DNA of 32,000 nucleotides from Candidatus Hermodarchaeota archaeon (GTDB lineage Archaea > Asgardarchaeota > Heimdallarchaeia > Hodarchaeales > Hodarchaeaceae). The position numbers were made by a program, and so were the translations under genes. Position 1 is the first letter of the stretch. Each line of letters begins with the position of its first letter. The stretch lies in NCBI GenBank assembly GCA_048886185.1, contig JBHLKY010000012.1, positions 139,313 through 171,312 of the forward strand, read 5' to 3'. The notes beneath the pieces were generated by a model. It worked only from the letters and a program-made list of their open reading frames with translations, searched no databases and was not told the DNA's origin. This document shows positions 10,627 to 19,115 of the stretch, piece after piece.

Positions 10627-11199
10627 TTGGTGGTTAAAATTTATATTCCTTATCCTGATCCAACTATTGGAATTATTGATTTTTTGGTTCTAATTTTCTG
10701 TGAGGTAGGACTTCTTTGGTTCTTTTCACCCACACGCACCATTAGACAGACTTTCCCAATGATTCTAGCAATTAATCTTATTAAATTTGGTTGCTATAGT
10801 TTGCTAGCTCCGATATTTACTCCTGCTTACAATTATTTCTATTTTATTCCATTAAATGAAATAGCTACATTTATAGTTATTGGAACAATCTTTTCCACAA
10901 TAGTATATGAACGAGAACAGATTGATTTCCCGCGAAATCAGGCATCCTCTCTTGCTTTCCGAGTTTCGAGTCTCTCAACCTTAATTTGGTGTACTTTTCG
11001 AAATCTAAATAAGCCAAATTATAGTGTGTTAGAGGGAACAACAATAAAAGGGCTTGTACCTGAACCAATGATACCTTTATTCCAATCAGTTTCATCATCG
11101 AATGAAATCTTGATGGTGGTAGGACTTATTATTGGATTATTAATGATCTATATTCATTATAATAAGAAATACATAAGGGATCACACCCTTACATCTTGA
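10627..11199 (+). CDS. Hypothetical multi-pass membrane protein
   Basis: 190-aa ORF with about 5 hydrophobic segments. No recognisable family motif. TTG/GTG start is uncertain. Confidence 0.65.
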   Translation: MVVKIYIPYPDPTIGIIDFLVLIFCEVGLLWFFSPTRTIRQTFPMILAINLIKFGCYSLLAPIFTPAYNYFYFIPLNEIATFIVIGTIFSTIVYEREQIDFPRNQASSLAFRVSSLSTLIWCTFRNLNKPNYSVLEGTTIKGLVPEPMIPLFQSVSSSNEILMVVGLIIGLLMIYIHYNKKYIRDHTLTS

Positions 11200-11254
11200 T
11201 ACTTATTGTTTCCCTGCTATCTGAACTACTCTTACCCTTTATCGATATTTTCTT

Positions 11255-11809
11255 CTAACAATAATGTTTAGTAATGATCTTATACCCTAATATTGAAAAA
11301 GCTTGGTCTACATTCTCTCCTGATTTCGCAGAGGTTTCAAAATAATCAATGGTATCATGTATATTTGAAAACTTTTTGGATAGCCGATTTTCAATATAAT
11401 TCTTTGCGGTGTCAATAGGAACCTTAATTTCTTTTGTTAAATCCCTTTTATTCCCTAGAACAATTATAGCAGAGTTTTGTTCAGTATTTTTTGAATACTC
11501 CTGTAACCACCATTCCAAGTTTTCTAAAGAATCTGGACTAGTTAAGTCAAATACCAAAAAAGCTCCAATTGACCCTTTATAATACAGTTTTCGGATTTGA
11601 TCGAAAGTTGGTTGCCCTGCTAGATCCCATATTTGAAAACGAAGATTTTTGGGGCCATCTGAAGTTTCTAAAGATACTTGTTTAAAAAGAAAATTAGCAC
11701 CAATTGTAGGAATGTATTCTAAAGTAAAATCCTCTCCTACATATCGACTCATTAGAGATGTTTTTCCTACTTTTCCATCTCCAAGCAAGCAAATTTTCGT
11801 AAAAATCAA
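11255..11809 (-). CDS. Rab-like small GTPase (paralogue 3)
   Basis: GDGKVGKT, YIPTIG, IWDLAGQ, YYKGS, LVFDLT, NKRD, ETSAK. The TTG start is preceded by an in-frame TAA, and an out-of-frame ATG lies at 11829. Confidence 0.93.
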   Translation of the reverse strand: MIFTKICLLGDGKVGKTSLMSRYVGEDFTLEYIPTIGANFLFKQVSLETSDGPKNLRFQIWDLAGQPTFDQIRKLYYKGSIGAFLVFDLTSPDSLENLEWWLQEYSKNTEQNSAIIVLGNKRDLTKEIKVPIDTAKNYIENRLSKKFSNIHDTIDYFETSAKSGENVDQAFSILGYKIITKHYC

Positions 11810-11989
11810 TTTTTAGTCTTTTTAACCATTATTGATATCAAGCTTAAAAATATGGAGAAACTTACAATTCTTCGATTCTTTGAACTATTAAGAAAGATAA
11901 TTAAAATTAATTATATTTGAATCTTTTTTACGTCAAGAATTTATTCAACAATTCTTACTTGGTGATCTGTTCTTAAACCGATGCTTCAT

Positions 11990-13234
11990 TTAGAGTAAAG
12001 ATAAAACAATCCAGCAAGTACTATACAAAATAAGAGCTAAGATTAGCAGAATCAAAACAGTTAATCCATATTTTGAGAAAAATCCTGGATTATATGGTTC
12101 AGGTGGTTGGAAATGTCTTAAGGGCTTACTCTCATCAAATATCATTTTGATATTACGTTTTTTCATTTCTTCAAAGAATAGTTCAGGAACGTTTTTTGGT
12201 AAAGCTTCAGGAGGTAAAATACCTATTCCATTTATTTTTCCCTCAGCATAAAGTTGAGCGGCTATTGCCGCAGGAAAGCCTGTAAGTTCACCCATAGCGA
12301 TACTGGGTGTACAGTACACCCAATGGACTGGCTTCTCTTTGTAAGTACCATGAATATCCACACGTGCTGAAGATGCAGCAACCCCTCCCGTCGCAAATAA
12401 CCTTTCTGTTGCATGAATGACTCTTCCCCAAAATTTTTGGCGAGATCTACCCTGAATCAGGTGGAGGTGCTTAAATGACTCCAAAACTTTGTTATTCCAA
12501 TCTGGAGTTAATCCCCCTTTCAGTGTGCACTCTGTCACATTAGGTAAAAATCTGGGGATTGTTATGGGTTCTGGATGACCGCAATCAAAAACACTGACCG
12601 TTTTAAGAGGGGCGGGAAAGTCAATTTTAAAGTTACCCTTTCCAGCAGGAGCATCAATAAATTTCCCTTTCTGATAAGATGGAAAACTACCTGTAACAGC
12701 ATAATAAACGTGAAGTATGACTGCGAAGCCCTCAGAATCAGCAGCTCCTCCTGCCCATGATATGTTTAACTGTACAGGACCACGATCTAATTTATGATAT
12801 GCTTGGAGAGCTAATAGGTTAGTTAAACCTGGAGTCCAGCCATATCCAAGAAAGATTGGAATTTTAGCCTCCTTAGCAGCAGTATCCATTTCAAGAACTT
12901 CCTGAGTAGGATCTGGATCATCACAAATGTCTATCAATGGAATCTTGGCCTCAATCGCTGCTCGTGCAATTAAAGGCCCAAAATGATAAAAGGGGCCAAT
13001 TGCTGAACACGCACAATCATAATCTTTTAATAGACTTACTAATTCCCCATGATTATTGGCATCTACTCTCAGGTAGCCTAAGCGAGGATCTCCCAATTCA
13101 TTAATCAGTTTTCTTGCATGATCTTCACGGATATCAGCAATAGTTATTTTAGTCCATATTGTACCAAAATTAACGGCATCTTTAACTATGTAACTGCCCA
13201 TATCCCCAGCTCCTCCAAGAATAACTAGTTTCAT
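11990..13234 (-). CDS. Saccharopine dehydrogenase-like NAD(P)-binding oxidoreductase with a C-terminal TM helix
   Basis: Rossmann motif LVILGGAGDMG, 'AIGPFYHFG', 'IDICDD', 'GYGWTPGLTN', 'HPEPITIPR'. Hydrophobic terminal 25 aa. Confidence 0.85.
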   Translation of the reverse strand: MKLVILGGAGDMGSYIVKDAVNFGTIWTKITIADIREDHARKLINELGDPRLGYLRVDANNHGELVSLLKDYDCACSAIGPFYHFGPLIARAAIEAKIPLIDICDDPDPTQEVLEMDTAAKEAKIPIFLGYGWTPGLTNLLALQAYHKLDRGPVQLNISWAGGAADSEGFAVILHVYYAVTGSFPSYQKGKFIDAPAGKGNFKIDFPAPLKTVSVFDCGHPEPITIPRFLPNVTECTLKGGLTPDWNNKVLESFKHLHLIQGRSRQKFWGRVIHATERLFATGGVAASSARVDIHGTYKEKPVHWVYCTPSIAMGELTGFPAAIAAQLYAEGKINGIGILPPEALPKNVPELFFEEMKKRNIKMIFDESKPLRHFQPPEPYNPGFFSKYGLTVLILLILALILYSTCWIVLSLL

Positions 13235-13312
13235 TCAGATCACCCTAATAATTTGAATTAAAATACTCAAACAAATGAGAAAGTTAAATATTTTACATTC
13301 AAAACAATGATT

Positions 13313-14059
13313 CTAGAGGATAAGAGAGGGAATCAAGTAACTCACTAGTTTTTTCTCGGCCTTCCGAAGGTGTTCTTCATATGTTCGGCGGTGAATATTC
13401 ATTTCTTGCGCCAATCCTTCCAAAACAATTTTTCGTGGCAACTCATAGTAACCCCTATTATAAGCTATCTTAAGTGCTTCAAGTTGTTTAGAAGTAAGAT
13501 CGTTCTTCAAGTCATCTAAGGGAAGATAGAAAGGATAAGGAGTGGCAGCATTCTTTAGAGGAGCAAGCTTTAGTACATTCACAAGAGCATTAGGATCTTC
13601 TTTTCGAATATCCTCGAGAATTAACCCTGCATCTTTTGGTGTAACAATAAGATTGACAAGTTCACGTCCAGCGACGTATTTAACAGGAGGAAGTTCAAGA
13701 CAGTTATATCTATTAAGAATTTTAACTAAAGGAAACTCAGCACATTTACAAAGTTTGATAATGAGTTGAGCATGACCTTGATCTGGAAAGATATTAAGAA
13801 TGGTTCCCAATTCCTCTTCTAGATCAATGATGGCTCTTTTAAGAGCTTGATTTTCTCCTGTCAATTCAATAATATCGTTCTGAGTATTACACCATAACTG
13901 GATTTGTACATTAGGGTGATTTCGGGAGAAATCAGAGAAAGAACAACTGTGTTGAAGTTCAATTAGGAAATTGTATAGTATTTGCTTCACCTTGTAAAAA
14001 GTGTAGTTGTATTTCTTATATAAATTTTCTCCATATGACACAATACAGTACAAAATCAA
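13313..14059 (-). CDS. Archaeal HTH_10 (Bat-type) transcriptional regulator
   Basis: C-terminal 'LTSKQLEALKIAYNRGYYELPRKIVLEGLAQEMNIHRRTYEEHLRKAEKKL' is the typical HTH_10 signature. The true start may be the GTG at 13990. Confidence 0.88.
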   Translation of the reverse strand: MILYCIVSYGENLYKKYNYTFYKVKQILYNFLIELQHSCSFSDFSRNHPNVQIQLWCNTQNDIIELTGENQALKRAIIDLEEELGTILNIFPDQGHAQLIIKLCKCAEFPLVKILNRYNCLELPPVKYVAGRELVNLIVTPKDAGLILEDIRKEDPNALVNVLKLAPLKNAATPYPFYLPLDDLKNDLTSKQLEALKIAYNRGYYELPRKIVLEGLAQEMNIHRRTYEEHLRKAEKKLVSYLIPSLIL

Positions 14060-14111
14060 CCGTCAAATGGTGGGTATTAATTTTAGAGTCTCTTGACATA
14101 TCGTATCTAAC

Positions 14112-15110
14112 ATGATGCAAACTCAAAAAAATGTTCAATCCAATATTCAATCGTCATCAAATGTCTTCAATCTAAGATTATTGTCTTCTCAACGCAGTGC
14201 ACATTTTTTTCTACTTTTTTCTAATTTCATTTGGGGAATCACCCCAATTTTTGTTGAAGTTGTATTGGAATATCTCACTCCTCTTCAAACAACAACTCTA
14301 CGATTTGGAGTAGCAGTGTTAGTGCTATCATTAGTCATACTTTTCATAAAAGGGCGAAATGGATTCTCAATGCTATCAGAAAAAACAATAATATTATTAG
14401 GCTGGTTTGATGCTTTAGGATATCTGGCAGCAACGATAGGTCAGGATATAACAACACCAGGAATTGCTACTTTACTTGCATCATTTTATGTATTTATTGT
14501 CCCTTTCATTGCTTGGAAGCTGGAAGGTACAAAGTTAAATTGGAGAATTGTGGTAATTGGAGTCATTAGTTTATTGGGAATCTTTTTAATTTGCTTTGAT
14601 GGTAATTGGGCGAATTTTACGGGTTCATCAATTCATGGAACATTTATTCTAATGTTTTCAGCTGTTATGTGGGGATTCTACACGGTTATAACTGGAAAAT
14701 TTTTGAACATTGCTTCTACCGAGGGTAAAAAAGTCGATCTTATGAGTTTCACGTATGCTAGTCTCTTCCACACCTTTTTAGCCCTTGTAACAGTTTCTTT
14801 AGTCTTTGGTGATATCTCTTTGACATCTCTAGAAGGAATATTTTTGCCTAAACTTCTTGAAGTAATCCTTTTCTTGGTTTTTCTGGGCATTTTTCCCACG
14901 ATCATTGCTTTGGGTCTGTGGAATTGGGCAATTACTAGATTAGGATCGATAAAAACATCATTTTACCAATTACTCCAAGTAATTATCCCATTCATTTTGG
15001 AATTTGCCTTTTTACAGCAGTTCTACTCTGGATGGATATACACTGGAATTCTCTTAATATTAATATCTACTCTTTGGATCAACAAAAATGCTGATCATTC
15101 AATTGAATAG
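14112..15110 (+). CDS. EamA/DMT-family transporter
   Basis: About 10 TM segments in two repeats: 'FIWGITPIF', 'LRFGVA', 'FVPFIAWKLEG'-like segment, 'SAVMWGFYTVI', 'LWNWAITRLGSIKTS'. Confidence 0.9.
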   Translation: MMQTQKNVQSNIQSSSNVFNLRLLSSQRSAHFFLLFSNFIWGITPIFVEVVLEYLTPLQTTTLRFGVAVLVLSLVILFIKGRNGFSMLSEKTIILLGWFDALGYLAATIGQDITTPGIATLLASFYVFIVPFIAWKLEGTKLNWRIVVIGVISLLGIFLICFDGNWANFTGSSIHGTFILMFSAVMWGFYTVITGKFLNIASTEGKKVDLMSFTYASLFHTFLALVTVSLVFGDISLTSLEGIFLPKLLEVILFLVFLGIFPTIIALGLWNWAITRLGSIKTSFYQLLQVIIPFILEFAFLQQFYSGWIYTGILLILISTLWINKNADHSIE

Positions 15111-15268
15111 AGACATGAATTCTCATCCCCTAGCTTGTTTTTGATAAAAACAGACTCAAAGAATGATAAATGCATATGCTAGATTAGGTTCATTTATAAT
15201 AAAAGATCATTCTGAACAGTCTCACTTATTAAAGAAGATTTTAGTACTACTATTTCTTTCCTTTAATT

Positions 15269-15535
15269 ATGAATGTTAAAGAGTTTCAGAGTAAAAAAAG
15301 ATCTGTTGATCTCCCAATAGACTTACTTGCTAGAATTGAAACTCGTGTAAGTAATTCGAAGGAATTCAACAGCATAAATGAATATGTTGAGTATGTTCTA
15401 TCTGGAGTTCTTGATATTATCGAAGAGCAATTCCCTTATAACTCAAAAAGAGTTCAAGCTCGTTCATCATCATCTTTGAATGTTGATGAAAAGGAGCAAA
15501 TTAAAAAACGCCTTGAAAATCTTGGTTACATGTAA
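15269..15535 (+). CDS. Small ribbon-helix-helix (CopG-like) protein
   Basis: Beta-strand 'SVDLP' followed by two helices ('LLARIETRV', 'INEYVEYVLSGVL'). C-terminal 'EQIKKRLENLGYM'. Confidence 0.75.
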   Translation: MNVKEFQSKKRSVDLPIDLLARIETRVSNSKEFNSINEYVEYVLSGVLDIIEEQFPYNSKRVQARSSSSLNVDEKEQIKKRLENLGYM

Positions 15536-15565
15536 TAAGGATAAATAAATCGAAATGGGTTTTTT

Positions 15566-17227
15566 ATGCATCAAAACTACCAGAAAAAACGAGTTTTGGT
15601 GATTGGTATAGATGGAGGAACATTTGATATTATTCATCCTCTATTTCAACAAGGGAAGCTATCAAACTTATTTAAAATATATAACCAAGGCTTTTCATCA
15701 TCTCTTTTATCAACCATTCATCCTATATCCCCCACTGCATGGGGAAGCTTCACAACTGGGGTAAACCCTGGAAAACATGGACTTTATGACTTCTCAAAAC
15801 GGAAACATGGTTCTTATGACCAACAAGCAACCACTTCTCGAGACATTCATATTCCACCACTCTGGCATCTCCTTTCACAGAAGAATTTGAAGGTTTGTTT
15901 GGTTAATATCCCTGGAACTTATCCCCCTGAACCTCTGAATGGATTTTTAATAAGTGGTTTTCCGACACCAGAGGAAAATAATGATTTTACTTATCCTCAT
16001 TCATTGTTAAAAGAACTAAAGGATTTTATACCAAATTTTCATCTACAGCCGCGAGTAGTTACTCGGGATGGCAATGAAGAAGCATTATTGAGAGATATTT
16101 GGAAGATCACCACGAATACAACAAATGCTACGCTATTTTTATCTGATAAAATAGCATGGGATCTTCTTATTACAGTTTACACTGGAGCTGATGTCCTTGG
16201 ACACCACTTTTGGAAGTTTACCGATCATAACCATCCAAATTATACTAAAGAATTAAATCAAATTTATGGCAACACAATCAATGATATTTATCAAAAGATT
16301 GATCAAGAAATTGGCGAATTAACAAAGATAGTTGATAACAATACCTATGTTATCGTTATGTCTGATCATGGTTTTGGTGGAGCCTATAATGCTCTTGGTT
16401 TAAATAATTGGCTTTTAGAACATGGTTGGATGAAAGCTCGTGAAGGAATAACACATAGGTTAAAATATTTTGGCTTTAGACGTGGGTTTACATTAACAAA
16501 TGCTTTTCGGCAAACCAAGTTTCTTCGGACTCCAGATAACAGGAGGAAAATTTATGCAAAAAGATCTCTACTACGTAATTTAGTCCTCAAATTGTTTTTT
16601 TCATTCAATAACGTGGATTGGAGTCGTACGAAAGCCTACTGTGTTGGAAATTGCGGCCAAATATACCTTAACGTCAAAGGGCGTGAACCAAGAGGAATGA
16701 TCTCACCAGAGGATCGATTAGCTGTTGCAAAACAATTACAATCAGAATTACTATTGATGAAAGATGAAGAGACTGGAGAGAGGATTTTTGATCAGGTTTA
16801 TTTAAGAGAAGAGCTATATAATGGGCCCTTTGTTCAAGATGCTGCTGATCTTATCTGCTTCAATTCAGAGGCTAGATATCTTATCATTCGCTATCTTGAG
16901 TTTGGTGGCGGAAAATTATCATTCCCTCATCCAGTGTGGTCTGGTGCACATCGTTTAAATGGAATTTTCATACTTAATGGGCCAGGCGTTAAACCACAAA
17001 AATACACCAATGAATTAAGGATTTGGGATGTCTCGCCAACGGTTATGACTTTACTAGGAGTTCCAATTGCAGATTATATGGATGGAAAGGTAATTACAGA
17101 AGCATTTAGCTCAAATTTTATAGATAACAACTTAAATACGAGAATTTCTGGCTATTCCTTAGAAAAGATTCAACTTAAAATTGCAATAAACCATTTTATA
17201 CGAGATCAATGTATTTTAAGCAAGTGA
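15566..17227 (+). CDS. Alkaline-phosphatase-superfamily protein (type I phosphodiesterase/nucleotide pyrophosphatase-like, COG3379-like)
   Basis: 'VLVIGIDGGT', 'STIHPISPTAWGSFTTGVNPGKHG', 'VMSDHGFG', 'GAHRLNGIF', 'IWDVSPTV'. Confidence 0.9.
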   Translation: MHQNYQKKRVLVIGIDGGTFDIIHPLFQQGKLSNLFKIYNQGFSSSLLSTIHPISPTAWGSFTTGVNPGKHGLYDFSKRKHGSYDQQATTSRDIHIPPLWHLLSQKNLKVCLVNIPGTYPPEPLNGFLISGFPTPEENNDFTYPHSLLKELKDFIPNFHLQPRVVTRDGNEEALLRDIWKITTNTTNATLFLSDKIAWDLLITVYTGADVLGHHFWKFTDHNHPNYTKELNQIYGNTINDIYQKIDQEIGELTKIVDNNTYVIVMSDHGFGGAYNALGLNNWLLEHGWMKAREGITHRLKYFGFRRGFTLTNAFRQTKFLRTPDNRRKIYAKRSLLRNLVLKLFFSFNNVDWSRTKAYCVGNCGQIYLNVKGREPRGMISPEDRLAVAKQLQSELLLMKDEETGERIFDQVYLREELYNGPFVQDAADLICFNSEARYLIIRYLEFGGGKLSFPHPVWSGAHRLNGIFILNGPGVKPQKYTNELRIWDVSPTVMTLLGVPIADYMDGKVITEAFSSNFIDNNLNTRISGYSLEKIQLKIAINHFIRDQCILSK

Positions 17228-17249
17228 ATTACCTACAGAATTAATGAAA

Positions 17250-17270
17250 AAAAGAGAAGATTCCTCTTTT
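17250..17270 (+). terminator. Possible hairpin terminator after the AlkP gene
   Basis: aaaagag-aagattc-ctctttt forms a 7-bp stem ending in a T run. Confidence 0.3.
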
Positions 17271-17402
17271 ATCCATTTAAGAAAATCTTAAATGAACCTA
17301 GAGGACTATTAATCTTTACTATGTCTCAAAACAAGAAGAGATAGCTTTTCAGGTTAAATGAGGATCAAAACTATATGAAAAGAAATTAATGGGTGGAAAT
17401 CT

Positions 17403-18455
17403 ATGCCAATTAAAACTAATATTACTGAGATGCTAGGAATAGACCATCCTATTATCGCAGCACCAATGGCACCTTTTCATACCACGGAATTGACTGTTGC
17501 TGTTTCAGAAGCGGGGGGATTAGGAGTCTTATCACAAATTGGTCTTTTAGATGAAAATAAAAATCCTGTTGAAGAAATGAAGAAGAACATGAAATATGTT
17601 GTAGAACATACAAACAAACCTTTTGGATTCAACATCCGAACCTCGAGATTAGAACCATATGCTACCGATTTATGCTCTGAAATACCAAAATTTATTTCAG
17701 AAAATCAACGAATTAAAGATCAATGTGTATATGCTTTAACAAGTGCAGGGTCAGCAAAAACTCTACCAAACTCTAAAAATTTTCAAAAATTAAAGAAAAA
17801 ATCCCAGATAAAACATTTTCATGTTGCACCTGCATTATGGTTGGCTGAAAAAAGTATAGCAGCTGGAGTAGATGGATTAGTAATTACAGGAAATGAGGGA
17901 GGTGGTCATCAATCATATGAAAAGGTGAGTACGCTGGTTCTTCTCCAACAAATTCAACAAAAATATCCAGATATGCCTAGAGTTGCATGTGGAGGGTTTG
18001 CCACAGGTGAAGGATTAGCTGCAGCATTATCACTAGGAGCGGGCGCTATTGCTATGGGATCAAGATTCATTGCTTCTAGGGAATGTGAATTCCATGAAAC
18101 CTATAAAAGTGTCATTCCACCTGCTAAAGCCCAGGATACTGTACTAGTCACAGGAATTTTAGGCCCCATTCGATTATGGAAGAACGAATATTCTCTACAA
18201 ACTCATGCGGATCTAGTTGCTAATAAAAGAGAGAAATTGGCAAAGGAAGCGGAGATGAACACAGCAGCGTTAGCTAAAGCAGCCCGTGCATATGATATGG
18301 CTTACCAAGGGAATGTAAATGATGGTGCTGTTCTCCTTGGCCAGAGTATTGGTTTGATTGATAGGATTGAGAGCGTATCAGACATTATTGAAAGAATTGT
18401 AAAAGATGCCGAATTAGCTATTGGAAAGGCGATAAGTCGAATAGAGTATGTATGA
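17403..18455 (+). CDS. Nitronate monooxygenase / FabK-like FMN oxidoreductase
   Basis: 'LGIDHPIIAAPM', 'AVSEAGGLG', 'GNEGGGH', 'ACGGFATGEGLAAALSLGAGAIAMGSRF', 'GQSIGLI'. Confidence 0.92.
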   Translation: MPIKTNITEMLGIDHPIIAAPMAPFHTTELTVAVSEAGGLGVLSQIGLLDENKNPVEEMKKNMKYVVEHTNKPFGFNIRTSRLEPYATDLCSEIPKFISENQRIKDQCVYALTSAGSAKTLPNSKNFQKLKKKSQIKHFHVAPALWLAEKSIAAGVDGLVITGNEGGGHQSYEKVSTLVLLQQIQQKYPDMPRVACGGFATGEGLAAALSLGAGAIAMGSRFIASRECEFHETYKSVIPPAKAQDTVLVTGILGPIRLWKNEYSLQTHADLVANKREKLAKEAEMNTAALAKAARAYDMAYQGNVNDGAVLLGQSIGLIDRIESVSDIIERIVKDAELAIGKAISRIEYV

Positions 18456-18498
18456 AAGAATTATCATACTTTATTTTCTTGTTTCTAAGAAAAAATAT

Positions 18499-18900
18499 TT
18501 AAGTAATTGTTATTTCCAAAAATACCCTTTCATCAGGTTTTTTCCAGAATTTTAATTTCTGGAACATTTTAAAGGTGCTTAAAAGTATTTTATTGAATCC
18601 TCTATTAAATTTCAGATCCAGTGCTTCCTTAGCTTTCGACTCCTCTGATTCTGGTAAAATACGAACAGTAACATCCATATCATCACCAAGGATTTTTCCC
18701 CGTATTGTACAAGGAGCAATTTTAGCCTGTGAGTTCTGTTTGATGCGCTTCACTTTCCATGAATTTGCCCTTGTGTTCACATATAGTCTCTCATCTAGAG
18801 TAGCAAATTCTACAGGTGTGGCGACTCCTTTTCCACTCGGATAAAACGTGATGAGACTAATGTATTTGTATTTCGATAAATTTTCGTACTGGTTTGTCAT
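18499..18900 (-). CDS. PPOX-class (pyridoxamine-phosphate-oxidase-like) F420-dependent oxidoreductase
   Basis: 'YISLITFYPSGKGVATPVEF', 'SWKVKRIKQN...IAPCTIRG' match the PPOX/F420 family pattern. Confidence 0.85.
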   Translation of the reverse strand: MTNQYENLSKYKYISLITFYPSGKGVATPVEFATLDERLYVNTRANSWKVKRIKQNSQAKIAPCTIRGKILGDDMDVTVRILPESEESKAKEALDLKFNRGFNKILLSTFKMFQKLKFWKKPDERVFLEITIT

Positions 18901-19115
18901 TGAATATCCTCTAAATCAGTTGATTACGCATTAAATTACAATTAAAACCTATACATAATGATTCTTTGAATTTTCCTTTTACGAAAAAGATAATTTTAAG
19001 TTAGAAGTAATAAGTAATTTTATTAGAGGTTTATAAAAATATCAAACATAAACTTCGCTTAGATACACTCCTCTGCGAAATCCAAAGAAATTAATTACAT
19101 TTACGTGATATAATT

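Noticed and set aside
10877-14905. ORFs 10877-11098, 12575-12760, 13542-13769 and 14678-14905
   Set aside because: Antisense shadows of better-supported genes.
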